Of a stretch of DNA of 64,000 nt, positions 33,420-43,423 are shown in pieces. Below the pieces are notes generated by a model, which searched no databases, had not been told where the DNA came from, and was given only the letters and a program-made list of their open reading frames with translations. The stretch lies in the NCBI GenBank assembly GCA_963759135.1, contig CAVWXU010000026.1, positions 2,854-66,853 on the forward strand, written 5' to 3'. Every line of letters starts with the position of its first letter. The first letter of the stretch is position 1. Source of the DNA: an uncultured Chloroflexia bacterium (GTDB lineage Bacteria > Chloroflexota > Limnocylindria > Limnocylindrales > CSP1-4). A program made the translations under genes and the position numbers.

Positions 33420-34532
33420 ATGCCGGCCGTGGCACGGACCGCCGCCGAACGAGGGACGCTGCGCGTCGTCGACGCCACCACCTGGGCTCCGGGCCGCTGG
33501 GACGAGCTCGCGGCGACGAGCGAGCGGGGCGAGGCGTTCCAGTCGCACGCCTGGGGCCAGAGCAAAGTCGGGCTCGGCTGGCGCGCGCTCCGCGTCGTCG
33601 TGGAAGACGCCGGCGAAAGGGTTGCCGTCGCGTCGCTGCAGGAGCGGACGCTGGCGCCCCGCCTGTCCGGTCCCCTGGGGAGGCTCACGTACCTCTACGC
33701 GCCCCGGGGCCCGGTCCTGCTGCGGTCCGATCCCGCCGCGGCGAGCGCCGCCCTGGCCGCGCTTCGACGCGTTGCCCAGGCGCGGCGGGCGGTAGCTCTG
33801 ACCATCGACCCGGCCTGGGAGGACGGCGGCGACCTTGCCGCGACGCTCGAACCGGCCGGGTTCCACGTGTCCGCTCGCGAGGTCCAGGTGTCGCGCACGG
33901 CCATGCTCGTGCCGCTGCGGTCCGACGAAGGCGGCCAGCACGAGCTCCTGGGCGACAGCAGTGCCCGCAACATCAACAAGGCGCGCCGCGCCGGGGTGAT
34001 CGTCGAGCACGTGGACCTCGCCGGCTCCGACGGCCGGGACGAGTCGCTGGCCTGCTTCTGGGACATGTTCGCCGCCACCGGCCGCCGCGAGGGGTTCATC
34101 GTGCGCGACCGCGCGTATCAGCTGAGCCAGTGGCGGGCGCTCGGCGAGGCCGGCCTGGCCGACCTCTGGTTCGCGCGCGCCGGCGGCGAACGGCAGACCG
34201 GCGCCCTGGTGCTCCATTGCGGCCGGAGGCTCGTGTCGCACGTTGCGGGCTCGCCGGACGGAGCCGACCTGCGGGGCACACGCTGCAACCATCTGCTCCA
34301 GTGGGAGATCATGCGGTGGGGCTCGGCGCACGGGTTCGCCATGTACGACCTGGGCGGCGTCGACACCCCCGATGCTCCCGGCCTGCCGCTCGGCCGCACG
34401 CATCCCCTGTGGAACCTGTACGAATTCAAGCGGGGGTTCGGGGCGCACGGGGTGGTGTTCGTCCGGGCTCACGAGGTCGCGCCGCGCCGCGTGCTGGGCG
34501 CCGCGTGGAGTGCCGTGCGTCGCGTCCGCTGA
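33420..34532 (+). CDS. FemAB-family aminoacyltransferase (copy 3)
   Basis: ATG 33420 lies 9 nt after GAGG, inside track ORF 33237..34532. FQSHAWGQSK, YAPRGP, NHLLQWEIM and LYEFKRGFG. Confidence 0.8.
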   Translation: MPAVARTAAERGTLRVVDATTWAPGRWDELAATSERGEAFQSHAWGQSKVGLGWRALRVVVEDAGERVAVASLQERTLAPRLSGPLGRLTYLYAPRGPVLLRSDPAAASAALAALRRVAQARRAVALTIDPAWEDGGDLAATLEPAGFHVSAREVQVSRTAMLVPLRSDEGGQHELLGDSSARNINKARRAGVIVEHVDLAGSDGRDESLACFWDMFAATGRREGFIVRDRAYQLSQWRALGEAGLADLWFARAGGERQTGALVLHCGRRLVSHVAGSPDGADLRGTRCNHLLQWEIMRWGSAHGFAMYDLGGVDTPDAPGLPLGRTHPLWNLYEFKRGFGAHGVVFVRAHEVAPRRVLGAAWSAVRRVR

Positions 34533-34606
34533 CGGCCGCCTGCCGGGCGCGGCCCGGACGCCGGGTCGTCGACCGCCGCGCACACGGGGGCGGCAGGGTC
34601 GGCGGG

Positions 34607-34612
34607 TATGAT
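34607..34612 (+). promoter_or_regulatory. -10 element TATGAT, 8 nt before relA ATG 34621 (leaderless)
   Basis: The track start ATG 34615 is only 2 nt from the hexamer, so ATG 34621 is the more likely start. Confidence 0.5.
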
Positions 34613-34620
34613 GGATGGCC

Positions 34621-36864
34621 ATGTCGATCCAGCCGGCGAGCGTTCCATCCCGCCGCCCACGCCACTCCGCGCCGGGCGGCGCGGCCGCGAGCGGCGACGC
34701 CCCGGCGGGCACGCCGGCCGAACTCGACGAGCTCGAACGGCGCCTGCTCGACGAGGTCCGCGACCACCACCCGGTCGCCGACCTGTCCGGCATCGAGCGA
34801 GCCTGCCGCTTCGCCGTCGAGGCGCACGCCGACCAGAAGCGCGCGAGCGGCGAGCCCTACGTCACGCACCCGATCGCCGCCGCGCAGACCCTCGCCGAGC
34901 TCGGCCTCGACCCCGTCGCCATCCAGGCCGCGCTGCTCCACGACATCCCCGAGGACACGGAGTACTCGCTGCAGGACGTCGACGAGCGGTTCGGGGCCGA
35001 GGTGGCGCGGCTGGTGGACGGTGTCACCAAGCTGTCGAAATTCAGTGCGCACAGCCATGAGGAACGCCAGGCGGAGAACATCCGGAAGATGTTCCTGGCC
35101 ATGGCCGAGGACGTGCGGGTGGTCCTCATCAAGCTCGCGGACCGGCTGCACAACATGCGCACGATCGCCGGGCTTCCGCCGGAGAAGCAGCAGCGCATCG
35201 CCCGGCAGACGCTCGAGATCTATGCGCCGCTCGCCGAGCGTCTCGGGATCTGGCAGATGAAGTGGGAGCTCGAGGACCTGTCGTTCAAGGTCATCGAGCC
35301 CGAGGCCTTCCGATCGATCGCCCAGCAGCTCGAGACTCGCCGGGCCGCGCGCGAGTCGTATGTCGAACGCGCGATGGCCGACCTGCGCGGATCGCTCGAG
35401 GCCAGCGGCATCGAGGCTGACCTCTCGGGCCGGCCGAAACACCTCTACAGCATCCACCGCAAGATGGAGCGCAAGTCCGCCAACTTCGACGAGGTCTACG
35501 ACGTCTACGCGATCAGGCTGCTGGTGGACGAGATCAAGGACTGCTACGCCGCGCTCGGCGTGGTGCATTCGCTGTGGCGGCCCATCCCCGGCCAGTTCGA
35601 CGACTACATCGCGATGCCGAAGGCCAACGGCTACCAGAGCCTGCACACCGCGGTGATGGCGCTCGAGGGCCATCCGCTGGAGGTGCAGATCCGCACCCAC
35701 CAGATGCACCGCATCGCCGAGGTCGGCATCGCGGCGCACTGGCGGTACAAGGAAGGCTCGAAGTCCGACCGCGACTACGACGCCAAGCTGGCCTGGATCC
35801 GCCAGCTGATGGAGTGGCAGCGCGAGGTCGCCGACGCCACGGAGTTCGTCGAGGGGCTCAAGCTCGACGTCTTCCAGGACCAGGTGTTCGTGTTCACGCC
35901 GAAGGGCGAAGTCAAGGATCTGCCCGCCGGCTCGACCCCCCTCGACTTCGCGTATCGCATCCACACCGACATCGGGCACCGCTGCATCGGCGCCAAGGTG
36001 AACAACCGGCTCGTGCCGCTCGACTACAAGCTCCGCAACGGGGACATCGTCGAGATCGTCACGACCCGGGCTGCGCACGGGCCGTCCCGGGACTGGCTCT
36101 CGATCGTCCGGACGACACATGCCCGGGAGAAGATCCGGCAGTGGTTCAAGCGCCAGGAGCGCGAGGAGAACATCGCGCACGGCCGTGAGTCGCTGGACCG
36201 CGAGCTGCGACGTCTGGGCCGGACGTCGCTGGAGCGGGTCGGCGCGGACCGCGTGTCGGAGATGGCGGAGCTCTACAAGTACCCCACCGTGGAGGACTTC
36301 CTGGCCGCCGTCGGATACGGCGCGGTGAGCGCCCAGCAGGCCGTGATCCGGATGGGCGTGGTGGACGACTCGAACGAGGTCGTGCTGCCGCAGGTGGCGC
36401 CGCCCATGCTGCCAGCGCAGGCCGGCGGCGTCCGCGTGAAGGGCGTCGGTGACCTGCTCGTCCGGTTTGGCGCGTGCTGCCACCCCATCCCCGGCGACCC
36501 GATCGTCGGGTTCATCACGCGCGGCAAGGGCGTGACCGTCCACCTGCGCAACTGCGTGACCATCCTCCATGAGAAGGACGTCGAGCGGCTCATCGAGGTC
36601 GAGTGGGAGGGGGCCGCGGAGCGCACGTACCCGATCGCCATCCGCCTCGACGCCTACGACCGGACCGGGCTTCTGTCGGACATCACGAACGTGGTGGCGG
36701 AGCAGAAGGTGAACATCGTCGCCGCCCACGTCGAGACGCGCGCGGATCGCACGGCGACGGTCAACGCCACCCTTCAGGTGTCGTCCGTCGCGCAGCTCGC
36801 CCGGGTCCTGTCGCGCCTGGAGCAGGTCAAGGACGTCTTCTCGGTCCAGCGCGCGCTCGGCTGA
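34621..36864 (+). CDS. relA: Bifunctional (p)ppGpp synthetase/hydrolase (RelA/SpoT homologue)
   Basis: Track ORF 34615..36864. HD hydrolase domain (LLHDIPEDT), synthetase motif GRPKHLYSIHRKM, TGS domain and C-terminal ACT domain. Confidence 0.95.
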   Translation: MSIQPASVPSRRPRHSAPGGAAASGDAPAGTPAELDELERRLLDEVRDHHPVADLSGIERACRFAVEAHADQKRASGEPYVTHPIAAAQTLAELGLDPVAIQAALLHDIPEDTEYSLQDVDERFGAEVARLVDGVTKLSKFSAHSHEERQAENIRKMFLAMAEDVRVVLIKLADRLHNMRTIAGLPPEKQQRIARQTLEIYAPLAERLGIWQMKWELEDLSFKVIEPEAFRSIAQQLETRRAARESYVERAMADLRGSLEASGIEADLSGRPKHLYSIHRKMERKSANFDEVYDVYAIRLLVDEIKDCYAALGVVHSLWRPIPGQFDDYIAMPKANGYQSLHTAVMALEGHPLEVQIRTHQMHRIAEVGIAAHWRYKEGSKSDRDYDAKLAWIRQLMEWQREVADATEFVEGLKLDVFQDQVFVFTPKGEVKDLPAGSTPLDFAYRIHTDIGHRCIGAKVNNRLVPLDYKLRNGDIVEIVTTRAAHGPSRDWLSIVRTTHAREKIRQWFKRQEREENIAHGRESLDRELRRLGRTSLERVGADRVSEMAELYKYPTVEDFLAAVGYGAVSAQQAVIRMGVVDDSNEVVLPQVAPPMLPAQAGGVRVKGVGDLLVRFGACCHPIPGDPIVGFITRGKGVTVHLRNCVTILHEKDVERLIEVEWEGAAERTYPIAIRLDAYDRTGLLSDITNVVAEQKVNIVAAHVETRADRTATVNATLQVSSVAQLARVLSRLEQVKDVFSVQRALG

Positions 36865-36870
36865 GCCGGA

Positions 36871-36876
36871 TAGACT
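36871..36876 (+). promoter_or_regulatory. -10 element TAGACT, 7 nt before hisS ATG (leaderless)
   Basis: TAGACTTCCGGCCATG matches the tyrA start context (14071-14086) at 15 of 16 positions. Confidence 0.5.
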
Positions 36877-36883
36877 TCCGGCC

Positions 36884-38197
36884 ATGCCCACGTTCCGCGC
36901 GCCCCGAGGCACCCGCGACGTCCTCCAGGCCGACCGCCCGGTGTGGGAGCGCCTGGTCGCGCTGACGTCCGACCTGGCGCGCCGGTACGGCTACGCGGGC
37001 ATCGAAACGCCGATCTTCGAGCAGTCGGCGGTGTTCGAGCGGGGCGTCGGCGCCGTGACCGACATCGTCGAGAAGGAGCTGTTCCGGATCCAGGCGCGGA
37101 CCGAGGAGGCCGAGACGTGGTCGCTGCGCCCGGAGGCCACGGCCGGCATCGTCCGGGCCTACGTCCAGCACGGGATGCGGACCTTGCCGCAGCCGGTCCG
37201 CGTCCAGTACGCGGGGCCCATGTTCCGCTACGACCGGCCCCAGGCGGGCCGCTACCGCCAGTTCTGGCAATGGGACGTTGAGGCGATCGGGGACGCGGGG
37301 CCGGGGATCGACGCCGAGATCGTGGAGATGGGGTACCGCTTCTACACGGAGGCCGGCCTCGCGCATGTGCACGTGCTGCTGAACTCGATCGGGGATCCGG
37401 CGTGCCGCCCGGCCTACGTCGCCGAGCTCACGGCGTACTTCGAGGCCCACCGCGCCGCCCTGCCGGACCTGGAGCTGGCACGGCTGGACGCGAACCCCCT
37501 GCGGCTGCTGGACTCGAAGGACCCCGATATGGCGCCGCTGATCGCGGCGGCGCCGCGCATGGTGGACCGCCTGTGCGACGGATGCCGCGCGCACTTTGCC
37601 GCCGTGAGGGAGCACCTCGACGCACTCGGCGTGCCCGTGCGGGTCGAGCCTGCGCTGGTTCGCGGGCTCGACTACTACACGCGGACCGCGTTCGAGTACG
37701 ACCGCGAGGGTGCCGAGGGCCAGCAGCAGGCGCTCGGCGGCGGCGGGCGGTACGACGGTCTCGTCGAGCTGCTCGGCGGCCGCCCGACCCCCGGCATCGG
37801 CTTCGCCCTGGGCCTCGACCGCGTGGTCCTGGCGCTCGAGGAGGCGGGCATCCCGGCGCCGCCCGCCCCGGGACTGGCGGCGTTCGTGGCCAGCGCCGAC
37901 CCGGCCGACAGCGTGAGCAGGCTGAGGATCGCCACGGAGCTGCGCGCCGCCGGCCTCGCGGCGCGCGCGGACCTGGGGACGCACAGGCTCGGACGGCAGC
38001 TCGAGCAGGCGTCGCGCGAGGGAGCGCACTTCGCGGTGATCCTCGGCGACGAGATCCGGGACGGCACGGTGCAGCTGCGCGACCTGCGCGCCGGCTCGCA
38101 GCATCCCGTGGCGCTGGCCGACCTGGCGCGGGAGATCCAGCGGGACGAGGCGTCGCACCGGCACGGACATGCGCCGACTACGATACCCGGGCCATGA
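36884..38197 (+). CDS. hisS: Histidine--tRNA ligase
   Basis: Track ORF. PRGTRD, motif 2 FRYDRPQAGRYRQFWQ, and GGGRYDGL. Confidence 0.95.
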   Translation: MPTFRAPRGTRDVLQADRPVWERLVALTSDLARRYGYAGIETPIFEQSAVFERGVGAVTDIVEKELFRIQARTEEAETWSLRPEATAGIVRAYVQHGMRTLPQPVRVQYAGPMFRYDRPQAGRYRQFWQWDVEAIGDAGPGIDAEIVEMGYRFYTEAGLAHVHVLLNSIGDPACRPAYVAELTAYFEAHRAALPDLELARLDANPLRLLDSKDPDMAPLIAAAPRMVDRLCDGCRAHFAAVREHLDALGVPVRVEPALVRGLDYYTRTAFEYDREGAEGQQQALGGGGRYDGLVELLGGRPTPGIGFALGLDRVVLALEEAGIPAPPAPGLAAFVASADPADSVSRLRIATELRAAGLAARADLGTHRLGRQLEQASREGAHFAVILGDEIRDGTVQLRDLRAGSQHPVALADLAREIQRDEASHRHGHAPTTIPGP

Positions 38198-40161
38198 CCG
38201 ACGCCACCGCGCTGTCGCGCGCCCTCGACGACCTCGCCACCCCGTATCGCACCGACACCTGTGGCGAGCTTCGGGCGTCCGACTCGGGGCGCGAGGCCCG
38301 CCTGGCCGGCTGGGTGCATCGTCGCCGCGACCATGGACACCTGATCTTCCTCGACCTTCGCGACCGGCACGGCATCACGCAGATCGTCGTCGACGCGCGG
38401 CTGGCGCCGGAGGCACACGCCCTCGCCACCCGCGTGCGGGCCGAGTTCGTGCTCTCGGCGGTCGGCGTCGTGGCGCGCCGCCTGCCGGGGATGGAGAACC
38501 CACAGCTCGCGACCGGCGAGGTGGAGCTGCGGGCGGACGCGCTGGAGATCCTCTCCGAGGCGAAGACGCCGCCGTTCTACATCAACGAGCCGGACGCGCC
38601 CATCGACGAGGCGCTGCGGCTGCGCTATCGGTATCTCGACATCCGGCGCGAGCCGATGCGCGACCGGCTGCTCCTCCGCTCGGCGCTGGTCCGCGCGATC
38701 CGCGACGCCCATCACCGGGCCGGGTTCGCGGAAATCGAGACGCCGATCCTGATCAAGTCCACTCCCGAGGGGGCGCGCGACTTCATCGTGCCCAGCCGGC
38801 TCCAGCCCGGCACGGTCTACGCGCTGCCCCAGAGCCCTCAGCAGCTCAAGCAGCTGCTGATGGTCGCCGGCATGGATCGCTATTTCCAGATCGCGCGGTG
38901 CTTCCGCGACGAGGACCTGCGCGGGGACCGGCAGCCGGAGTTCACCCAGCTCGACCTGGAGATGAGCTTCGTGCGCGAGCAGACGGTGATGGACTTCGTC
39001 GAGGCGATGGCCATCGAGGTTTCCAGGACCGTGGCGCCCGAACGGCCGATCCAGGACGTCCCGTTCCGGCGGTTCACCTTCGAGGAGGCGCTGGAGCGCT
39101 TCGGCTCCGACAAGCCCGACGTGCGTTTCGGGATGGAGCTCGTCGATCTGGCGCCCGCCCTTGTCGGGCCGGCCGGGGGCGCAGCAACCGGTCCTGCTGC
39201 GCCCGCGACCGCCGAGGATAGCGGTGCCGGCGCGCCGAATACGGGCTTCCACGTGTTCGACGAGGTGCTCGCGGCGGCCGGCAGGATCAAGGGGATCGTC
39301 GCTCCGGGCATGTCGGGCGCCAGTCGCCGCGAGATCGACGAGCTGACGGCGTTCGCCCGTCGCCATGGCGCGCATGGACTCGTTCACGTCTCGGTCGAAG
39401 CCGACGGTTCCGCGCATTCGCCCGTTGGCAAGTTCCTGGGCGCCGCGCGGCTTCGCGCCCTGGTCGAGGCCGCGTCGGCTGCGCCCGGCGACCTGCTGCT
39501 GATCGTGGCGGACCGGGCCTCGGTGACCGCCGACGTGCTCGGGCGCCTGCGCCGGGAGCTCGGAGAGCGGCTGCGCCTGTTCGATCCCGTCGTGCTGTCG
39601 TACTGCTGGGTGTACCGCTTCCCGATGTACCAGTGGGACGCCGAGGTGCAGCGCTGGGACGCCACGCACAACCCGTTCTCCGGGGTCGTCCCGGAGGACG
39701 AGCCGCTCCTCGTCACGGCGTCGGGCGATCCGTACCGGCCCTCGCCGGACGATCCCGCCGGGCGAGCCCGCGCGATGCAGTACGACATCGCCCTGAACGG
39801 CTGGGAGCTGGGTGGCGGCTCCGTGCGGATCCACCGCCGGGAGCTGCTCGAGCGAAGCTTTGCGCTGCAGGGATACTCGCAGGAGCGGATGCACGACCTG
39901 TTCGGCGGCATCCTGGAGGCGTTCGACTTCGGCGCGCCGCCGCACGGCGGCATCGCGCTCGGCATCGACCGCTGGGTGGCCCTCCTCGCCGACCAGACGA
40001 ACATCCGCGAGGTCATGGCCTTCCCCAAGACATCCTCAGGGACCGACCTCATGCTCGACGCGCCGTCGGCTCCGGATCCAGGACAGTACGCCGACCTGGG
40101 CCTGCAGTACGTGGGCCCGCCTCAGCCGGGGCCGGCGGGCGCGGAGGCGGCGTCGTCCTGA
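38194..40161 (+). CDS. aspS: Aspartate--tRNA ligase
   Basis: ATG 38194 (ATGA overlap with hisS) inside track ORF 37402..40161. GWVHRRRDHGHLIFLDLRD, FRDEDLRGDRQPEFTQLD and GGGSVRIH. Confidence 0.95.
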   Translation: MTDATALSRALDDLATPYRTDTCGELRASDSGREARLAGWVHRRRDHGHLIFLDLRDRHGITQIVVDARLAPEAHALATRVRAEFVLSAVGVVARRLPGMENPQLATGEVELRADALEILSEAKTPPFYINEPDAPIDEALRLRYRYLDIRREPMRDRLLLRSALVRAIRDAHHRAGFAEIETPILIKSTPEGARDFIVPSRLQPGTVYALPQSPQQLKQLLMVAGMDRYFQIARCFRDEDLRGDRQPEFTQLDLEMSFVREQTVMDFVEAMAIEVSRTVAPERPIQDVPFRRFTFEEALERFGSDKPDVRFGMELVDLAPALVGPAGGAATGPAAPATAEDSGAGAPNTGFHVFDEVLAAAGRIKGIVAPGMSGASRREIDELTAFARRHGAHGLVHVSVEADGSAHSPVGKFLGAARLRALVEAASAAPGDLLLIVADRASVTADVLGRLRRELGERLRLFDPVVLSYCWVYRFPMYQWDAEVQRWDATHNPFSGVVPEDEPLLVTASGDPYRPSPDDPAGRARAMQYDIALNGWELGGGSVRIHRRELLERSFALQGYSQERMHDLFGGILEAFDFGAPPHGGIALGIDRWVALLADQTNIREVMAFPKTSSGTDLMLDAPSAPDPGQYADLGLQYVGPPQPGPAGAEAASS

Positions 40162-40195
40162 CCGGTCGGCGACCTGTGCGACAATCTGACGGCCC

Positions 40196-42133
40196 ATGAC
40201 CGACCTGTCCCATCCGACCATGCCCGGCGCCACCACGGCTCGCGTCCGCGAGGACGTCCGCAACGTCGCCATCGTCGCGCACGTGGACCACGGGAAGACC
40301 ACCCTCGTCGACGGCCTGCTGCGGCAGACGGGCGCCTTCCGCGCGAACCAGGAGGTCGTCGACCGCGTCCTCGACTCGCTCGACCTCGAGCGGGAGAAGG
40401 GCATCACGATCATGGCCAAGCACACGGCGGTGGACTTCGAGGGCGTGCACCTCAACATCGTGGACACCCCCGGCCACGCCGACTTCGGCGGCGAGGTGGA
40501 GCGCAGCCTGCTGATGGTGGACTCGGTGCTGCTCCTCGTCGACGCGTCGGAAGGGCCGCTGCCGCAGACGCGGTACGTGCTGCAGAAGGCGATGGCGCGC
40601 CGGCTGCCGGTGATCGTGTGCCTCAACAAGATCGACCGCTCCGACGCGCGGCCTGCGGAAGTCCTCGACGCGGTCTACGAGCTCTTCATCGACCTGGGCG
40701 CCGACGAGCACCAGATCGAGTTTCCCGTCGTGTACACGAATGCCAAGGCGGCCACGGCCACGCTCGATCCGGCCGTCCCCGGCACGGACCTGCGGCCCCT
40801 GCTGGACCTGCTGGTGCGCGTCACTCCACCCACGACCTACGAGGAGGGGTACCCGCTCCAGCTCCTGGTCACCAACCTGACGGCCAACGACTATGTGGGT
40901 CGCATGGCGGTGGGGCGCATCTGGAACGGGACGATCCGGGTTGGCCAGCGGATCGTGATCGTCCGGCAGGAAGACGACACGACCGAGGGCACGGTCGACC
41001 CGGGGCGGACCGTGACGCTGGCGGGCACCGTGACGAGCCTGACCACCGCCGACGGAATCCAGCGGGTCGACGTCCGGGAAGCCGGGCCCGGTGAGATCGT
41101 CGCCGTGGCCGGCATCCCCGATGTAACCGTCGGCGACACGATCACCGACCCCCTCGATCCCCGCCCGCTCCCTCGCCTCCAGGTGGACGCGCCCACCATC
41201 AGCATGACGTTCGGCGTGAACACGTCGCCGCTGGCCGGACGCGACGGCCGGTTCGTGACGAGCCGGCACCTGCGGACCCGCCTCGAGCGCGAGGTGCTGG
41301 GCAACGTCGCGATCGAGTTCCTCGCCACCGGTTCCGGCGATTCGTTCGAGGTCAGGGGGCGCGGCGAGCTGCAGCTGGCCGTCCTGATCGAGACGATGCG
41401 GCGCGAGGGCTACGAGATGCAGGTCTCCCGGCCGGAGGTGATCCTGCACGAGGTCGACGGTGAGGTGCGGGAGCCGTACGAGCGGATCACGGTGGACATC
41501 CCACCCGACTTCATCGGCGAGGTGTCCGAGGCCCTGGCGTCCCGGCGCGCCCGGCTGGAGCAGATGACGACCGACGCCGACGGCCGAGTGCGCATGGAGT
41601 ACGTCCTGCCGGTGCGCGGACTGATCGGCTTTCGCGGCCAGCTCCTGACCCTTACGCGCGGCACGGCGTTGATGCACCAGATCGGCGAGGGGTACGGCCC
41701 GTGGGCGGGCGAGGTGACGCACCGGACCTCGGGCGTGCAGGTCGCCGACCGGCCCGGCGTCACCAGCACCTACGCGCTGCACAACCTGCAGGAGCGAAGC
41801 GAGCTGTTCGTCGGCCCGGGCGTCGACGTCTACGAGGGCATGATCGTGGGCGAGAACGTCCGCGCGGGCGACATGGACGTCAACGCGACCAGGGAGAAGC
41901 ACCTCACCAACATCCGGTCGTCGACCCAGGAGCAGACGCTGCGCCTCACGCCTGCGCGGGAGCTCACGCTGGAGTCGGCGATCGAGTTCATCGCGGCCGA
42001 CGAGCTGGTCGAGGTTACGCCGCGCTCCATCCGGCTGCGCAAGCGCATGCTTTCGGTCCACGACCGGCGGCGTGCCGCGGGCCGCGAGCACGAGCGTCGG
42101 GTCCTGGAGGAGCGCGAGCTCGCCGAGCGGTAG
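40196..42133 (+). CDS. typA: Translational GTPase TypA/BipA
   Basis: Track ORF. AHVDHGKTT, DTPGHADFGGEV and NKIDR. TGCGACAAT (40177-40185) lies 10 nt upstream of the ATG. Confidence 0.95.
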   Translation: MTDLSHPTMPGATTARVREDVRNVAIVAHVDHGKTTLVDGLLRQTGAFRANQEVVDRVLDSLDLEREKGITIMAKHTAVDFEGVHLNIVDTPGHADFGGEVERSLLMVDSVLLLVDASEGPLPQTRYVLQKAMARRLPVIVCLNKIDRSDARPAEVLDAVYELFIDLGADEHQIEFPVVYTNAKAATATLDPAVPGTDLRPLLDLLVRVTPPTTYEEGYPLQLLVTNLTANDYVGRMAVGRIWNGTIRVGQRIVIVRQEDDTTEGTVDPGRTVTLAGTVTSLTTADGIQRVDVREAGPGEIVAVAGIPDVTVGDTITDPLDPRPLPRLQVDAPTISMTFGVNTSPLAGRDGRFVTSRHLRTRLEREVLGNVAIEFLATGSGDSFEVRGRGELQLAVLIETMRREGYEMQVSRPEVILHEVDGEVREPYERITVDIPPDFIGEVSEALASRRARLEQMTTDADGRVRMEYVLPVRGLIGFRGQLLTLTRGTALMHQIGEGYGPWAGEVTHRTSGVQVADRPGVTSTYALHNLQERSELFVGPGVDVYEGMIVGENVRAGDMDVNATREKHLTNIRSSTQEQTLRLTPARELTLESAIEFIAADELVEVTPRSIRLRKRMLSVHDRRRAAGREHERRVLEERELAER

Positions 42134-42218
42134 CTCGCCCGGCCGGTGACACGCCGCTGGGCGGCCTGCGGCTCTCAAGGCCGGCGCTGGGGGATCCGGC
42201 CCCCGCCCGAGTGGCGGA

Positions 42219-42224
42219 TACAAT
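42219..42224 (+). promoter_or_regulatory. -10 element TACAAT, 7 nt before cysteine desulfurase ATG (leaderless)
   Basis: GATACAATCCGGCGCATG, with no Shine-Dalgarno. Confidence 0.55.
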
Positions 42225-42231
42225 CCGGCGC

Positions 42232-43419
42232 ATGTCGATCTACCTGGACCACGCCGCGACGACGCCGCCGCGTCGGGAGGTCCTGGACGCGATGCTCCCG
42301 GTCCTCGCGCAGGCCTGGGGCAACCCGTCCTCCACGCACGCGTTCGGCCGGAGCGCGCGCGTCGCGCTCGATGACGCGCGGGAGTCGGTCGCGCACGACC
42401 TCGGTGCCGATCCGCGCGAGGTGGTGTTCACGAGCGGTGGCACGGAGGCGATCAACCTCGCGATCAAGGGGGCCGCGTGGGCGGGCAAGCAGCGGGGACA
42501 TCACCTCGTGACCTCTGCCGCGGAGCACGAGGCCGTGCTGAACTCCATGCGCTACCTCGAGAAGTTCGGCTTCGAGGTGACCCTGCTGCCCGTGGACCGG
42601 TACGGCCGCGTGGATCCGGACGAGCTGTCGGCCGCCATCACAGACCGCACCGTACTGGTCAGCCTCCAGTACGCGAACAACGAGGTGGGAACCGTCCAGC
42701 CGATCGCCGAGCTGGTCCGGCGCGCCAGGGTGCAGCGCCACGTCACGGTCCACGTGGACGCGGTGCAGGGGGCGCCATGGGCGGACCTGGACGCCCCCGG
42801 ACTCGACGTGGACCTCATGTCGATCGCCGGCCACAAGCTCGAGGGTCCCAAGGGAATCGGCGCGCTCTACGTGCGTCGCGGCACGGCGCTGCTGGTGCAG
42901 CAGCAGGGCGGCTCCCAGGAGCGGCACCGCCGGGCCGGGACCGAGAACGTGGCCGGGGCAGTCGGCCTGGCGAGGGCGCTCCGGCTCGCGCACGACGAGC
43001 GAGCCGCGCTCCTCGGACGCGTGGAGGCGCTGCGCGACCGGCTTCGGGACGCCGTCCTCGCCGTGCCCGGAGTCGAGCTCACCGGACACCCTCGCGACAG
43101 GATTCCCGGGCACCTCTCCGTCATCGTTCGGGATGCCGATGGCCAGTCGCTCGTGCTCGCGCTCGACCTCGACGGCATCGCGTGCTCGAGCGGGTCGGCA
43201 TGCGCGTCCGGGTCCACCGAGCCGTCCCACGTCCTGACTGCGATGGGCTATCCGCCCGAGGAGGCACGCGGAGCCCTGCGATTCACCCTGGGCCGGACGA
43301 CGACAACGGATGAGATCGAGATGGCCTGCCGGGTCGTGCCCGCGACCATCTCGCGCGTGCGCCAGGGGATGGCCGCGCTGACGGCCGATCCGCTCGGCCG
43401 GGCCGCCGGCGGGCGCTGA
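42232..43419 (+). CDS. iscS: Cysteine desulfurase (class I, IscS/NifS/YrvO-like)
   Basis: ATG 42232 inside track ORF 41701..43419. [15 protein letters not shown]-lysine [12 protein letters not shown] and catalytic-loop SSGSACAS. Confidence 0.9.
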   Translation: MSIYLDHAATTPPRREVLDAMLPVLAQAWGNPSSTHAFGRSARVALDDARESVAHDLGADPREVVFTSGGTEAINLAIKGAAWAGKQRGHHLVTSAAEHEAVLNSMRYLEKFGFEVTLLPVDRYGRVDPDELSAAITDRTVLVSLQYANNEVGTVQPIAELVRRARVQRHVTVHVDAVQGAPWADLDAPGLDVDLMSIAGHKLEGPKGIGALYVRRGTALLVQQQGGSQERHRRAGTENVAGAVGLARALRLAHDERAALLGRVEALRDRLRDAVLAVPGVELTGHPRDRIPGHLSVIVRDADGQSLVLALDLDGIACSSGSACASGSTEPSHVLTAMGYPPEEARGALRFTLGRTTTTDEIEMACRVVPATISRVRQGMAALTADPLGRAAGGR

Positions 43420-43423
43420 TCCC

